IMG/VR virus record: IMGVR_UViG_3300008107_000157
Span: 25,345 to 89,344 of that record
Length of the DNA: 64,000 nt
Source: a virus
Reading direction: 5' to 3' (one strand)
Positions within the stretch are counted from its first letter, which is position 1. Each line of letters begins with the position of its first letter. A program made the translations under genes and the position numbers. Below the pieces are notes generated by a model, which worked only from the letters and a program-made list of their open reading frames with translations, did not search any database and was not told the origin of the DNA. Positions 1 to 9,949 of the stretch are shown here, piece after piece.

Positions 1-1
1 A

Positions 2-1273
2 TAATCTTTTAACTTCTAAAAATATAGCTTCTAATCTTTCATTAACATTTTCTATATTATCATAGCTTTCATCGATAAACCCTTCAAATGTTTTAAATCC
101 TAAATTTCTCAATAATTGTAATCCTCCTGGGAATGCAACAAAGAAAAATGGTTGGAAATTTATAATTGGTTTAAATATTTTTTCCGTTAATGATTTGTGG
201 TCGCCATGTACAAATGTTTCAAAACATATTTCAAAATAAGAATTTATATGTGGTTGAAAGTGAGAATCAGTCCACGCATTAATTTGTCCATATGATATAT
301 CTCTTTCACTTTGTAAAACATGCGGAGCCGTTTCATGTAACCTTTTAATATTTCCCAAATGTTGATTTTTTAAGTCATAATTTTGAATTACGTGCTGAAC
401 CGAATCCATAAAATTTTGGTTAACATTTGGTGTAAGGAATGAAAAATCTCCCATTTCCAATAAATTAGCACTTGCCATTTTATACAAAAATGCGATTCTA
501 TGCTGTCTACCATTTCTAATTTTCATTAAAAAATGGTTTTTTCTTATTGTATTTTTTGTATTTAAAAAATCAGCTTCGGTCATACAAACTCCTGTATTTC
601 TTTCTAATTCACTATTATAATACCAAGAGCTATGGTCTAAACAGAATGGTAAATTTCTAACTGAATACATTCTTTCATTTTCTGGATAATAGTTCTCATA
701 ACAAGTTCTTGCATTAAAACTATTTACACATAAAATTATAGATTCTTTTGGAATACCACTATTTTTTAATCCTTCGTGAAATGCATCATGTAAGTATTTA
801 TCAATATATGGCTCCATTGAATAATCTATGAATATAATTCCATCTTTTCGTAAAATATGTTCCATAGCTTGTGCCGAAATATATTTCCAAAAGAATTCCC
901 CATTCATTCTACTACCAATTGTTTGATTTACGCCAATAAAATCACTTAATACAGGATTAGGTTTTATTGGATATATAAATCTATCTTGTCCATTATTATT
1001 GTTATATAATGGTTTTTGTATAAAATCTAATATAGGTTGATAAACTTGTGCTTGATAAAAATACCCAGTACCGGAATTAGGCATACCATTAAATTTATCC
1101 CCAAACAATTCTTGTAAACCAATTTGCTGTTCAAACACAGTTGCATTTTGTGCTTTATTTGTGTGCATTGAAGCTAAATAATTTACAATACCAATTTCAG
1201 GCATAGTTGCATTTGGTAAAATGAAACTTGGAAAAAAGTAATCAAAAACGAAGTTTAATTTATATTTGTTCAT
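2..1273 (-). CDS. Glycosyltransferase-like protein, runs off the left edge (not in ORF track)
   Basis: ATG at 1273 (MNKYKLNFVFDYFF...); distal part reads SLTEKIFKPIINFQPFFFVAFPGGLQLLRNLGFKTFEGFIDESYD, a TEKxxKP motif typical of GT10-like phage proteins; both ends in the same frame. Confidence 0.6.
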   Translation of the reverse strand, partial: MNKYKLNFVFDYFFPSFILPNATMPEIGIVNYLASMHTNKAQNATVFEQQIGLQELFGDKFNGMPNSGTGYFYQAQVYQPILDFIQKPLYNNNNGQDRFIYPIKPNPVLSDFIGVNQTIGSRMNGEFFWKYISAQAMEHILRKDGIIFIDYSMEPYIDKYLHDAFHEGLKNSGIPKESIILCVNSFNARTCYENYYPENERMYSVRNLPFCLDHSSWYYNSELERNTGVCMTEADFLNTKNTIRKNHFLMKIRNGRQHRIAFLYKMASANLLEMGDFSFLTPNVNQNFMDSVQHVIQNYDLKNQHLGNIKRLHETAPHVLQSERDISYGQINAWTDSHFQPHINSYFEICFETFVHGDHKSLTEKIFKPIINFQPFFFVAFPGGLQLLRNLGFKTFEGFIDESYDNIENVNERLEAIFLEVKRL

Positions 1274-1274
1274 A

Positions 1275-2069
1275 TTAAAATAAGGGAGCACCGAATGCTT
1301 TGTTTTTTTGTTGATTAAAATTCAGTTGATATGATTGTTGTTGATTGTGCCAAGATGAAGTATCCTTTAACGATTCTAACAATTCAAATGTATTTTTAGA
1401 TTTTTCTGTATCGAATTGTGGAAATTTATCTTTCATAAATTCGTAATGCATCTTTTGAGTAGGATGTGCATCTCTGAAATCTTCTTTTTTATATAACTCA
1501 TAATCATTTGGATACTCATATCGTTTTCCCTTCCACTTATCTAATGATTCAGAATCGGCTAATGAATTGTAAATATTGTTTACAAATTTATTTGATAAAG
1601 CGTTTGTTAATGTATCATCAAACGGAGATTCTTCAAAATAAATACTATCCATAGCCATTAGCAATTTATTTTCTAAAGCTTTATATCTCAATAATTGTTT
1701 GATTGTGTTTATTGCTATCCAAGAATTATAAATTCCCCAATCTTCGGACCACATTTGATTTCTAAATTGTTCTGGGTATGTTTCATTTTTATAAACGCTT
1801 CCTTGTAATTTCCAACCAACTTTATCGTAGTATGAAAATCTATTGAAATTAGTAAACATAACAACTATGTAATCCGTTTCATAATCAAATTTATATTTAA
1901 CATCTGCTTCTATAAATTTACTCATTATATATGTGTTGCATGCTCCACCTCTTCCAAAGTTGTAGTATTCTTCAAAGTTTGAACCAATATAATCTGCCCA
2001 AGTTCCAGCTATATGACATGTGTAACTACACCCAAATGCAAAAAATCTTTTTTTATTTACTCCATCCAT
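1275..2069 (-). CDS. SGNH/GDSL-like hydrolase or acyltransferase
   Basis: FAFGCSYT block I, NFGRGGACN block II, DAHP near the C-terminus. Confidence 0.6.
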   Translation of the reverse strand: MDGVNKKRFFAFGCSYTCHIAGTWADYIGSNFEEYYNFGRGGACNTYIMSKFIEADVKYKFDYETDYIVVMFTNFNRFSYYDKVGWKLQGSVYKNETYPEQFRNQMWSEDWGIYNSWIAINTIKQLLRYKALENKLLMAMDSIYFEESPFDDTLTNALSNKFVNNIYNSLADSESLDKWKGKRYEYPNDYELYKKEDFRDAHPTQKMHYEFMKDKFPQFDTEKSKNTFELLESLKDTSSWHNQQQSYQLNFNQQKNKAFGAPLF

Positions 2070-2853
2070 TGCTTTGTAATTTTTTTATTATCGTTTCAAA
2101 AACCTCTTTATGGCCTTCGGCTGATGTATGTAGTGTATTCAAATCATCGGGATACTTCTTTGATAATATCCCCCAATCTACGTTAACTAAACTTTCATCT
2201 GGTATATAATTTTTAAAATCCGCATCATAAGTTAATACCAATGATTTTATATTTCTATTTTCTAATAAATTATATGCCATAGTAATTACGCCTATATCAT
2301 AATAACGTTGTATTCTATCATCAAAAACTTCTGCATAATAATTTCTAAGTAAACGCATTCTATCAGGCCTTTCGTTTTTGAATTTAGCAAAGTAATCTCC
2401 AGCTCCACGCTTTCCATCTAAAACATTATCCACATAATCTACTACACCATAATAATTTTCAGTAAACATTTCGCCTGTATATCTTTCATCATATTTCATT
2501 GGGTTTTCTAAAATATACTGATAAGTATCTCTCCCATATGGCGGATATTGATGGTAATTAACACCTGTTAATTTCAAATCTCCATCGGATGCATCCGCAT
2601 CTTCTGGAAACCATTCTACTCTATTATATGAGGTTGGTGCAATACATACAAAATCTATATCCGATGGATTTATATTTTCTACAACATATTTTACTTGTAA
2701 AAAAATAGATAGATTTGTGGATGAGCCTTTTGCATAGTTTAAAATATTTCTATCAAACTTATTTGCTAGCCTAGAACCATATGGTTCATTGTGTAAATCG
2801 TGGCACCCTATTCCAATACTAAATGAATCACCACAAATAACTATATTTTTCAT
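2053..2853 (-). CDS. SGNH/GDSL-like hydrolase or acyltransferase
   Basis: ICGDSFS, NYAKGSSTN, TLHTSAEGH. Confidence 0.6.
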   Translation of the reverse strand: MKNIVICGDSFSIGIGCHDLHNEPYGSRLANKFDRNILNYAKGSSTNLSIFLQVKYVVENINPSDIDFVCIAPTSYNRVEWFPEDADASDGDLKLTGVNYHQYPPYGRDTYQYILENPMKYDERYTGEMFTENYYGVVDYVDNVLDGKRGAGDYFAKFKNERPDRMRLLRNYYAEVFDDRIQRYYDIGVITMAYNLLENRNIKSLVLTYDADFKNYIPDESLVNVDWGILSKKYPDDLNTLHTSAEGHKEVFETIIKKLQSNGWSK

Positions 2854-2854
2854 A

Positions 2855-3628
2855 TTAACGATTTATTCTTTTTCTTAAATAAGTATCTATACGTTTTAAT
2901 TCTTCTTCAGAAAAAACATTTAATTCTTTATAATAATGTAGAGTTGTAAATGTATCTAAACTTCCGGACCAGTGCCATCCAAATGCGTTTGAATTGTATT
3001 TAAAAAATGATGAAAAATTAAAAGAATCACATATTTCATCATTTTCATTTAATGGATTAAATGGTTCGTTTAATAATAAATTTTTATTTTCTATAAATTC
3101 ACACCAATCATATCTTATTCTACTATCTTCGCCGGGTATCTTTTTAGCATTATGTTTATAAAACATAGAGTAATACGAATCTTCATTTGTATATAAAGAA
3201 TTTACATTACCAAATCCATTTATACACTCCATTAATTCATTGGTTGATAGATTTCGCATCATATTGGTTTTTCTTAAAGAAAATCCACCATTTTGTAAAC
3301 GATGTCCACCGCCAATGAAATCATATTTTAGCCAATTCGGATTCCAACTTAATGGGTTTATTATAAATCCATCCCATTGGAAAGTTAAATAATATTCGGT
3401 ATTTACTAACCAAGGTAATTCTCTTACAAAAAAGTTTTCGAATTCGCCGGTTTTTAAACTTCGATTGAATCCATTTAACGGAGAAAATTCTAATATTTCT
3501 CCAAAATTAATATATTGCTTTGAATAATCTAATGCTTTCTTTACTATTATGTTTCGTATGTTAGATTCTGATGGATTATCTCTATAATCATCTACTATAA
3601 CAACAGATACATTTGTTAAATCTAACAT
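2855..3628 (-). CDS. DUF5672-like putative glycosyltransferase
   Basis: FQWDGFIINP...YDFIG...NGGFSLRK...NEDSYY...FGWH pattern. Confidence 0.6.
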   Translation of the reverse strand: MLDLTNVSVVIVDDYRDNPSESNIRNIIVKKALDYSKQYINFGEILEFSPLNGFNRSLKTGEFENFFVRELPWLVNTEYYLTFQWDGFIINPLSWNPNWLKYDFIGGGHRLQNGGFSLRKTNMMRNLSTNELMECINGFGNVNSLYTNEDSYYSMFYKHNAKKIPGEDSRIRYDWCEFIENKNLLLNEPFNPLNENDEICDSFNFSSFFKYNSNAFGWHWSGSLDTFTTLHYYKELNVFSEEELKRIDTYLRKRINR

Positions 3629-3630
3629 TA

Positions 3631-4512
3631 TTAAAGTAATTTGTATTGATTTATATATCTAACCAATTCTTCAGCCCAAATAGTATGTGATTCAGGAGAT
3701 GGGTGCCATCCATAATATACGGGGGTTGGATTTTTCTTTTCCATAAAACTTTTAAATGTATTGTTTGGTTGGTCTTTTTTATAGAAACGAATTCTATCTA
3801 CTGTATCCCACATTGGAACGTAATCATATTGATAAACGTGTCTACCTTTATGATTGGATATACTATATGGAGTACCATGTAAGTTTAATTTTTGTAACTC
3901 GTCTCTAACGTTTAAATCTTCCCAATCCATTGGATTTTTTCCTGGTGTTTGATAAAACGCATTAAACATCATCCATTTAATATTATGAGCTTTAAAAAAG
4001 TTTTGAAGTTGTAAAACGTTCATAACATATCTTGGTAAATATTCTTCCGCATTCCAAAGATATTGTACATATAACTTCCAAAATTCTTCTTGCTGTGGTT
4101 TATCGAAGTGCTGAACTTGTGGCCATAATCTAAATCTCATTGAGAAGTTTTCAATATCATCCTTATACCAAAAGAAATTTCTTTCAGGAGATGACCATCC
4201 AACTATTACAAATAAATCATCTGTTGGTAATTCTTTATCAATGTAATTTGATGTTATATATGCCATTGTTCTATGTGCAATAGTTCCATTATCATCGGCA
4301 GGCCAAGCTAAGTTTGTAACTTCTGCATTCATCATTTCTGATAATCGTGTTGGAAATATTTTTGGAATTCTATAATTATCATTCTCTTCCATCCAATCAT
4401 ATTTACCAGGATGAACTTCACCATCGAATCTCATACTGATTTGTGGGTCTGCTATTTCAGAACCAAATACCCAACTATCTCCATTGGTAATTATTTTTAA
4501 TTTTTTATTCAT
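3631..4512 (-). CDS. SGNH/GDSL-like protein (DUF6071-like)
   Basis: TNGDSWVFG, NLAWPADDN, IVGWSSPER, WHPSPESH. Confidence 0.6.
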   Translation of the reverse strand: MNKKLKIITNGDSWVFGSEIADPQISMRFDGEVHPGKYDWMEENDNYRIPKIFPTRLSEMMNAEVTNLAWPADDNGTIAHRTMAYITSNYIDKELPTDDLFVIVGWSSPERNFFWYKDDIENFSMRFRLWPQVQHFDKPQQEEFWKLYVQYLWNAEEYLPRYVMNVLQLQNFFKAHNIKWMMFNAFYQTPGKNPMDWEDLNVRDELQKLNLHGTPYSISNHKGRHVYQYDYVPMWDTVDRIRFYKKDQPNNTFKSFMEKKNPTPVYYGWHPSPESHTIWAEELVRYINQYKLL

Positions 4513-5137
4513 ATTCTTTTATTTTTTGTACTATTTCTTCAGCAAATGCTTTATGTCCTTTAAAAGACCAATGTCCATCATTTATTTGTGCATCGATATC
4601 ACTAATTCTTTCAAATTTTATATGATACCCATCTTCTAAATCCCAAAATAAACACACTTTAACTTTTTTATGAACATCTAATATTTTTTTAAAAAAATGC
4701 ATTCGTTCTAGCCACCTTTCATTGTGTAAATCGGTATCAATTAGTGATAAGGTATGTAAAAAAGATAATATATCATTTTTAGAATATCCTTTTTCTTTTA
4801 AAAACACTTCCGATGTTGGAGTTATGGTTTCCCATTGATATCCACTATCATCATCATTTTTAGAACATATATCAAATCTATGCGAAAATGTTTTTTGTAT
4901 TATGACAACATCTCCTTCACCTATTAAGTCGAAATTTTGCATAATACTGTCAATTATATAATCATTTCCAACGCCACCCATTCCTAAATTAAATAATTTT
5001 AAATTTAATTTTTTAGCTATGATTTCCGGCCATATTAAATCATCTTCGGACTTTTTATATTTTAAAGAATATGGGTCATTTGGTAAACAACCATTTCCAT
5101 GCGTAAACGAACATCCAAATACAAATAAATTATTCAT
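4505..5137 (-). CDS. SGNH/GDSL-like hydrolase or acyltransferase
   Basis: VFGCSFT, NLGMGGVGN, DGHWSFKGH. Confidence 0.6.
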   Translation of the reverse strand: MNNLFVFGCSFTHGNGCLPNDPYSLKYKKSEDDLIWPEIIAKKLNLKLFNLGMGGVGNDYIIDSIMQNFDLIGEGDVVIIQKTFSHRFDICSKNDDDSGYQWETITPTSEVFLKEKGYSKNDILSFLHTLSLIDTDLHNERWLERMHFFKKILDVHKKVKVCLFWDLEDGYHIKFERISDIDAQINDGHWSFKGHKAFAEEIVQKIKEYE

Positions 5138-5139
5138 AA

Positions 5140-6036
5140 TTAATGTATATCAGCTTTTGATTTTTCAAAATAACCATTTTCATACCAATCTTTTGATACG
5201 TTGAATACTTCTTGCCAATCATTAATGCTATGCAATCCCCTATCTTCTGCTTCTTTTCTAACTACATAGTATGGATTAGCATGTTCTCCATATGGATGAA
5301 TATTCCAATTAGTCATATATTTGTATAAAAGTGTACCCGGTCCATAGTAGAATTCGGGAAATTCAACGAACTCCCCTGTAACTTTTTGTAGTCTACCTTT
5401 TTCCATTATTTTTTTATACCATCTGTAAATTTGTGCTATTATATCCATAGTGGATGAGTCTGCATAAAAGAATACATCATCAAAGCAAACCTGATTGAAT
5501 TCGTTTGGAAATCTTGTAGGAGTTGCCGATGAGGCATATGCCGTAAATGGTTTTATCGGATGTACATAGAATTTATTTATGGGTAACCCAAATTTATTAA
5601 CACCTTCTTGTAGAAAGTTTATATCAAATCGGGTTTTAATAACCATATCATATGTGATATCTTTCATTAACTCATATCTTCGTTTAAGTTCTACGCTTTT
5701 CATAAAGCTATAAAACATGCCATCCCAAGCTTCAATAAATCCTTCCGAATTAAATGGTTCATACTCCATCAACTTTGGTTTAAAAGCAAATTTTATTTCA
5801 TCAGCTTCATTTGGATTATCTATTACATAATCAGTATTTTCCCATCTCGGTTGTGTTTTATCTCTGTAACTATTTGTATCCCAAGTGTGAATAAAGAAGT
5901 CAACATTTACTTTACAATTTTTATGTGTATTAATTTTTACATCAAAATAGTTAAGAATGTTTTCCTTAGCCGTTCTCCAAGTACGTGATTGTCCGCTTAA
6001 ACAAACTGCTATATTATATGTTGTTAACTTTTTCAT
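5140..6036 (-). CDS. Putative glycosyltransferase-like protein (paralog 1 of 3)
   Basis: IAVCLSGQSRT, FFIHTWD, YDMVIKTRFD, DDVFF. Confidence 0.5.
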   Translation of the reverse strand: MKKLTTYNIAVCLSGQSRTWRTAKENILNYFDVKINTHKNCKVNVDFFIHTWDTNSYRDKTQPRWENTDYVIDNPNEADEIKFAFKPKLMEYEPFNSEGFIEAWDGMFYSFMKSVELKRRYELMKDITYDMVIKTRFDINFLQEGVNKFGLPINKFYVHPIKPFTAYASSATPTRFPNEFNQVCFDDVFFYADSSTMDIIAQIYRWYKKIMEKGRLQKVTGEFVEFPEFYYGPGTLLYKYMTNWNIHPYGEHANPYYVVRKEAEDRGLHSINDWQEVFNVSKDWYENGYFEKSKADIH

Positions 6037-6037
6037 A

Positions 6038-6841
6038 TTATCTTATTATATCTGGGTCAATTTTTAATCTTACGTTTTTAATATCAAATATTCGTATTAA
6101 GTATGCTAATATCGATTCAACTTTAACATCCGGTGGAAATATATCAGGCGATATTTGTGGTAAATAATTGTATGCGTTTGCTATAATATCATATGTAAAA
6201 CTATCTGCGTAGAAAAATATATCACCAACCGCATCATGTGGAAAGTATTCTGTATTAAAACTATGAACCGAATATAATGTTTTTTCTTTTGGCATTTCAA
6301 AATCGTTAACAAATATCATACGATTTAAATAATCAAAACTTAAATCATTTCTCATTCTTACCACCATATCATATTCAAATCCATAAGCTAATTCCCAATT
6401 TCGTTTCATTTCAGCTGCTCTCATAATTCCATATAGTTGAGAACCGGCCCAACTTATTGGTGACCACTTTGTGTAATCTCCCAATCTCCATTGAGTTCTG
6501 GCATCTAATTCTTCTTTACGACTTGTACTTTTGAATATGTTTTCAATGATGTGTTGTTTTGGTTTTATAGTTTCCAAAAATTCATCTATTTCTTCCTTTG
6601 TAACACCTTCCGCTGGAGGTTGTTCAAAGCCTGAATGGTATTTACCAGCATCCCATTGTTGTTTTGTCCAAACCGCAAATGGTGTACTATTAAAATCCCA
6701 TGTATGTACAAAGTAATCAACTTCTAATTCTTCACCATCTAATATAGGTGATTTTTGAAGTTCATCAAAGAATAATCCCCAACTTTTGTAGGAATCTTTC
6801 CAAGTTCTTAATTGTCCACTTAAACAAACAGCTAATTTCAT
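6038..6841 (-). CDS. Putative glycosyltransferase-like protein (paralog 2 of 3)
   Basis: LAVCLSGQLRT, YFVHTWD, YDMVVRMRND, GDIFF. Confidence 0.5.
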   Translation of the reverse strand: MKLAVCLSGQLRTWKDSYKSWGLFFDELQKSPILDGEELEVDYFVHTWDFNSTPFAVWTKQQWDAGKYHSGFEQPPAEGVTKEEIDEFLETIKPKQHIIENIFKSTSRKEELDARTQWRLGDYTKWSPISWAGSQLYGIMRAAEMKRNWELAYGFEYDMVVRMRNDLSFDYLNRMIFVNDFEMPKEKTLYSVHSFNTEYFPHDAVGDIFFYADSFTYDIIANAYNYLPQISPDIFPPDVKVESILAYLIRIFDIKNVRLKIDPDIIR

Positions 6842-6844
6842 TTT

Positions 6845-7777
6845 TTATTGTTTTTCTACTAATTCATCAATGTAATTATCTACATCATCATTAATAATAT
6901 ATCTATCTTTTAATAAATTTATATAATGTCCCTCCGGAGTTATCGGATTTTTTTGAGGATTCCCATAGTAGTAGTCTTCGCATCCAATACATCTATGATA
7001 CCCATCAATGGTACTATCATTATATTCCAAACATTCTGGTCTTAACACTATATAGCCCGATTCGCCACCTAAATCTCTCCTTTTAAATTGCAATAGTTTT
7101 AAATTGTGTAATATAGAATGTCTTATAAATCCATAAAATGGTTTAGTCCTATCTCCAATACCCCAATCCAACCATTTTAAATAGTATTCAGATGCAATAT
7201 TCATACTTTCTGAATTTGATAAAAAATAAACATCGTCTATCGTATGAGTATCAATAGAATAATCTCTTATCAAATTTTCTATATAAAATTCACCCGAATC
7301 TAATTCATTTTTATACATTTCTATATCTTGACTTAATCGTCTATTTGGATGAAGTAATATATCTGGTCTTAATTTTATAACATAATCATATTTAAATCCA
7401 TTATCAATTTCATATTCATTTTTTAACTGAATACTTTTGTAAAAAGAATACCATAGAGGTTGAACTATATCAAATATATTTACAGTTGTATATAGTAAAG
7501 GTTCATATTTTACTAACTCTTTATAAGCAATTTGATAATCATCTACTATTATTTTTTTAGGGTTGTATTTATTTTTAATTTCATTGATATCATTCGATGT
7601 TAACTTTGTTTCTTTTGAAAATACATTGGATAAATTATAGCACTTTTGTTTATTTATATCCCAAGTGTGAATAAAGAAATCGCAATATGGATACAATATA
7701 CCAAAAAATTGTTTTAAGTTTTCATAACAATAGTTTCCGGTTCTCCATTGACCACTAAAACAAACTGCTATTCTCAT
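6845..7777 (-). CDS. Putative glycosyltransferase-like protein (paralog 3 of 3)
   Basis: IAVCFSGQWRT, FFIHTWD, YDYVIKLRPD, DDVYF. Confidence 0.5.
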   Translation of the reverse strand: MRIAVCFSGQWRTGNYCYENLKQFFGILYPYCDFFIHTWDINKQKCYNLSNVFSKETKLTSNDINEIKNKYNPKKIIVDDYQIAYKELVKYEPLLYTTVNIFDIVQPLWYSFYKSIQLKNEYEIDNGFKYDYVIKLRPDILLHPNRRLSQDIEMYKNELDSGEFYIENLIRDYSIDTHTIDDVYFLSNSESMNIASEYYLKWLDWGIGDRTKPFYGFIRHSILHNLKLLQFKRRDLGGESGYIVLRPECLEYNDSTIDGYHRCIGCEDYYYGNPQKNPITPEGHYINLLKDRYIINDDVDNYIDELVEKQ

Positions 7778-7780
7778 ATA

Positions 7781-8548
7781 TTAATAATATACGTTTCCAT
7801 CAATATAGATTTGTGGATAGTTTCCATTAAATGCATAATTCCAAAGTTTGTATCTATTTGATATTTCAAAATTACAAAAGAAAGCAAAGTATTTGGTTAA
7901 TTCCCAATTTGGATTGAATATTTTATAATTTCCAAATGCTCTTCTACTATACTTAGCTTCATAATTTTTTAAAATATCTTGAACATCCAACGTTAATAAT
8001 TTTTTCTTAATTGCAAAGACAATATCATATTCAAAATCGCCTATACCTCTAGTGTTTTCATCACCAAACATACTACCACATCCTATCCAATACGGAGCAT
8101 CTACATAGGAAAGTTTATTAAGACCTGAATACACTATACTACCAACGATGTTATTGTTAAGATAGCAAGATATTTTTGCTTTCGCATCATCGTTTGTCAT
8201 ATATACATCTATAAAATCATCTAAATCTGAATCTTTTAGTTCTATTTGAACTTGCTTAACCGATTTACTTCCATCTTCTTCATTTTCAAACCAATATGTG
8301 TATTGTAAAAATACTTTATCTAACTGATTTTTAAATATAGATATGCCTGAATGCATTCCACTTCTGGAAATAATAAACGATTCGTTTTCTGTTAAAGTTT
8401 CTTTATCAATTTTTACTCTAGCAAATAAAGTAAAATCGTTTTCCATAGAATCACCTATATTAGATTCTTTAAATGATACATTTGATGGGAGTACCAAATA
8501 TAAATTTTCTGCGTTTATTTTTAAACTCATATTGTAATAGTTGAACAA
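7781..8548 (-). CDS. LamG/concanavalin-A-like domain protein
   Basis: DFTLFARVK, ISCYLNNNIVG, YWIG pattern resembles the LamG inserts of the neighbouring GT7 proteins; true start may be slightly downstream (MSLKIN). Confidence 0.45.
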   Translation of the reverse strand: MFNYYNMSLKINAENLYLVLPSNVSFKESNIGDSMENDFTLFARVKIDKETLTENESFIISRSGMHSGISIFKNQLDKVFLQYTYWFENEEDGSKSVKQVQIELKDSDLDDFIDVYMTNDDAKAKISCYLNNNIVGSIVYSGLNKLSYVDAPYWIGCGSMFGDENTRGIGDFEYDIVFAIKKKLLTLDVQDILKNYEAKYSRRAFGNYKIFNPNWELTKYFAFFCNFEISNRYKLWNYAFNGNYPQIYIDGNVYY

Positions 8549-9945
8549 AAGTGATAAAATTCTTCTAATTCCGGAAACGTTTTAATGAAATCAGTACCTC
8601 TGCGTTTATCATGTTCACTAAAATATTTAAAGAAGTTATGTCTATTTTTCATTTGCTGCATCGAATCTTGTGGTGCTAGCATCCAATCGTAAATTCTTTT
8701 AATCTTTTGAACCTCAACATCTGAATATCCAATTTGAGTAGAATTAAAAGATGGGGTTGAAAAGAATGTTGCCAATTTAGCTTGGTTCATTATTTTTTCT
8801 GAAAACTGATGTGGTAACACTTGAACCGTTTGATGTAGTGGGTATCGTAGATATGATGAATCTAAGAAAGTTGCCGAATTCCAATAACGATATGGACTTG
8901 CATATGTTTCTTTTAATTTATAAATTTCTTTTATCAATTTATCATAATTAAAAACGGATAAAGCATTATATGTAACCATAAAGGTTACAACTATCTTCGG
9001 ACAGTTTAAAAGAATTTTATTAATATTATCCCAAAAACGATTAAATTCTAAACCAGTTCGAATGTATTCAGCTTGTTGTCCCCAAGTATCAGCGGATGTA
9101 AATAGAATCAATTCTTTAACTCTACCTTCATCTTCAATTTTCTTTATTTTTTCAATCAATTTATCAATCAACGCATCAGGTACACCTAAATTCGAATTAA
9201 TTGCTAATTTAAGATTTCTATTTGGATTCTTTTCACTAATAATGTAATCCAAAACACTCCAAGTATCTTTTGATAATAATGGCTCACCTCCGGTGATTCT
9301 GAAGGTGTGTAAATCTCTATATAACTCTGGCCACCATTTCCAAAATGCTTCTACATATGGATTATGCTGTCTTTGTGGAATAGGCATTTTATCTTCACGC
9401 TTCATCCAAGTAATATCGTTGAAATTATCAGTAGTTGGAAATCCACCGAATTGCTCAATTTCTTCCATCCAAGTTGTACTGAATGATGGTCCACAATATG
9501 AGCATTTGAAATTACAAACATTTGAAAATGCAACTTCAACATATTTTGGATTATAATCATCTCTCCAATCTGAATTAAAAATTTCTTCTTTATGTTCCCA
9601 ACTCCAACTTTCAGATGATTTAAATATTCTATCACTAAATCTATCCGAATTATCTTCCACATTCCAACAATAATCACATTCAGCAGGCCTTGCTCCACTT
9701 AACATTTCTTTTCTTTTTAGTTTTTTGAAACGAGTATTATGAAGTGCAGATGGATTTCTTGCTATTTCTTGTTCTGAAATTTTATGAGTAGCGGGGTGAT
9801 GGCAGGAATGGTTATGTCCACTTTGTAATTGCATAGTTACTTGTGTCCACTTTGCCAAACACATACCATGTCCGATGGAATCTAATTCGTTTTTTACCTG
9901 AACATACAGTGGATTTTCTCCTTTTATAATTTTATCTTCTGCCAT
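8527..9945 (-). CDS. Radical SAM protein with N-terminal Cys-rich (SPASM/twitch-like) region
   Basis: CNFKCSYC motif, ITGGEPLL; N-terminal CLAKW...SCHH...ECDYC. Confidence 0.85.
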   Translation of the reverse strand: MAEDKIIKGENPLYVQVKNELDSIGHGMCLAKWTQVTMQLQSGHNHSCHHPATHKISEQEIARNPSALHNTRFKKLKRKEMLSGARPAECDYCWNVEDNSDRFSDRIFKSSESWSWEHKEEIFNSDWRDDYNPKYVEVAFSNVCNFKCSYCGPSFSTTWMEEIEQFGGFPTTDNFNDITWMKREDKMPIPQRQHNPYVEAFWKWWPELYRDLHTFRITGGEPLLSKDTWSVLDYIISEKNPNRNLKLAINSNLGVPDALIDKLIEKIKKIEDEGRVKELILFTSADTWGQQAEYIRTGLEFNRFWDNINKILLNCPKIVVTFMVTYNALSVFNYDKLIKEIYKLKETYASPYRYWNSATFLDSSYLRYPLHQTVQVLPHQFSEKIMNQAKLATFFSTPSFNSTQIGYSDVEVQKIKRIYDWMLAPQDSMQQMKNRHNFFKYFSEHDKRRGTDFIKTFPELEEFYHFCSTITI

Positions 9946-9949
9946 TTTA

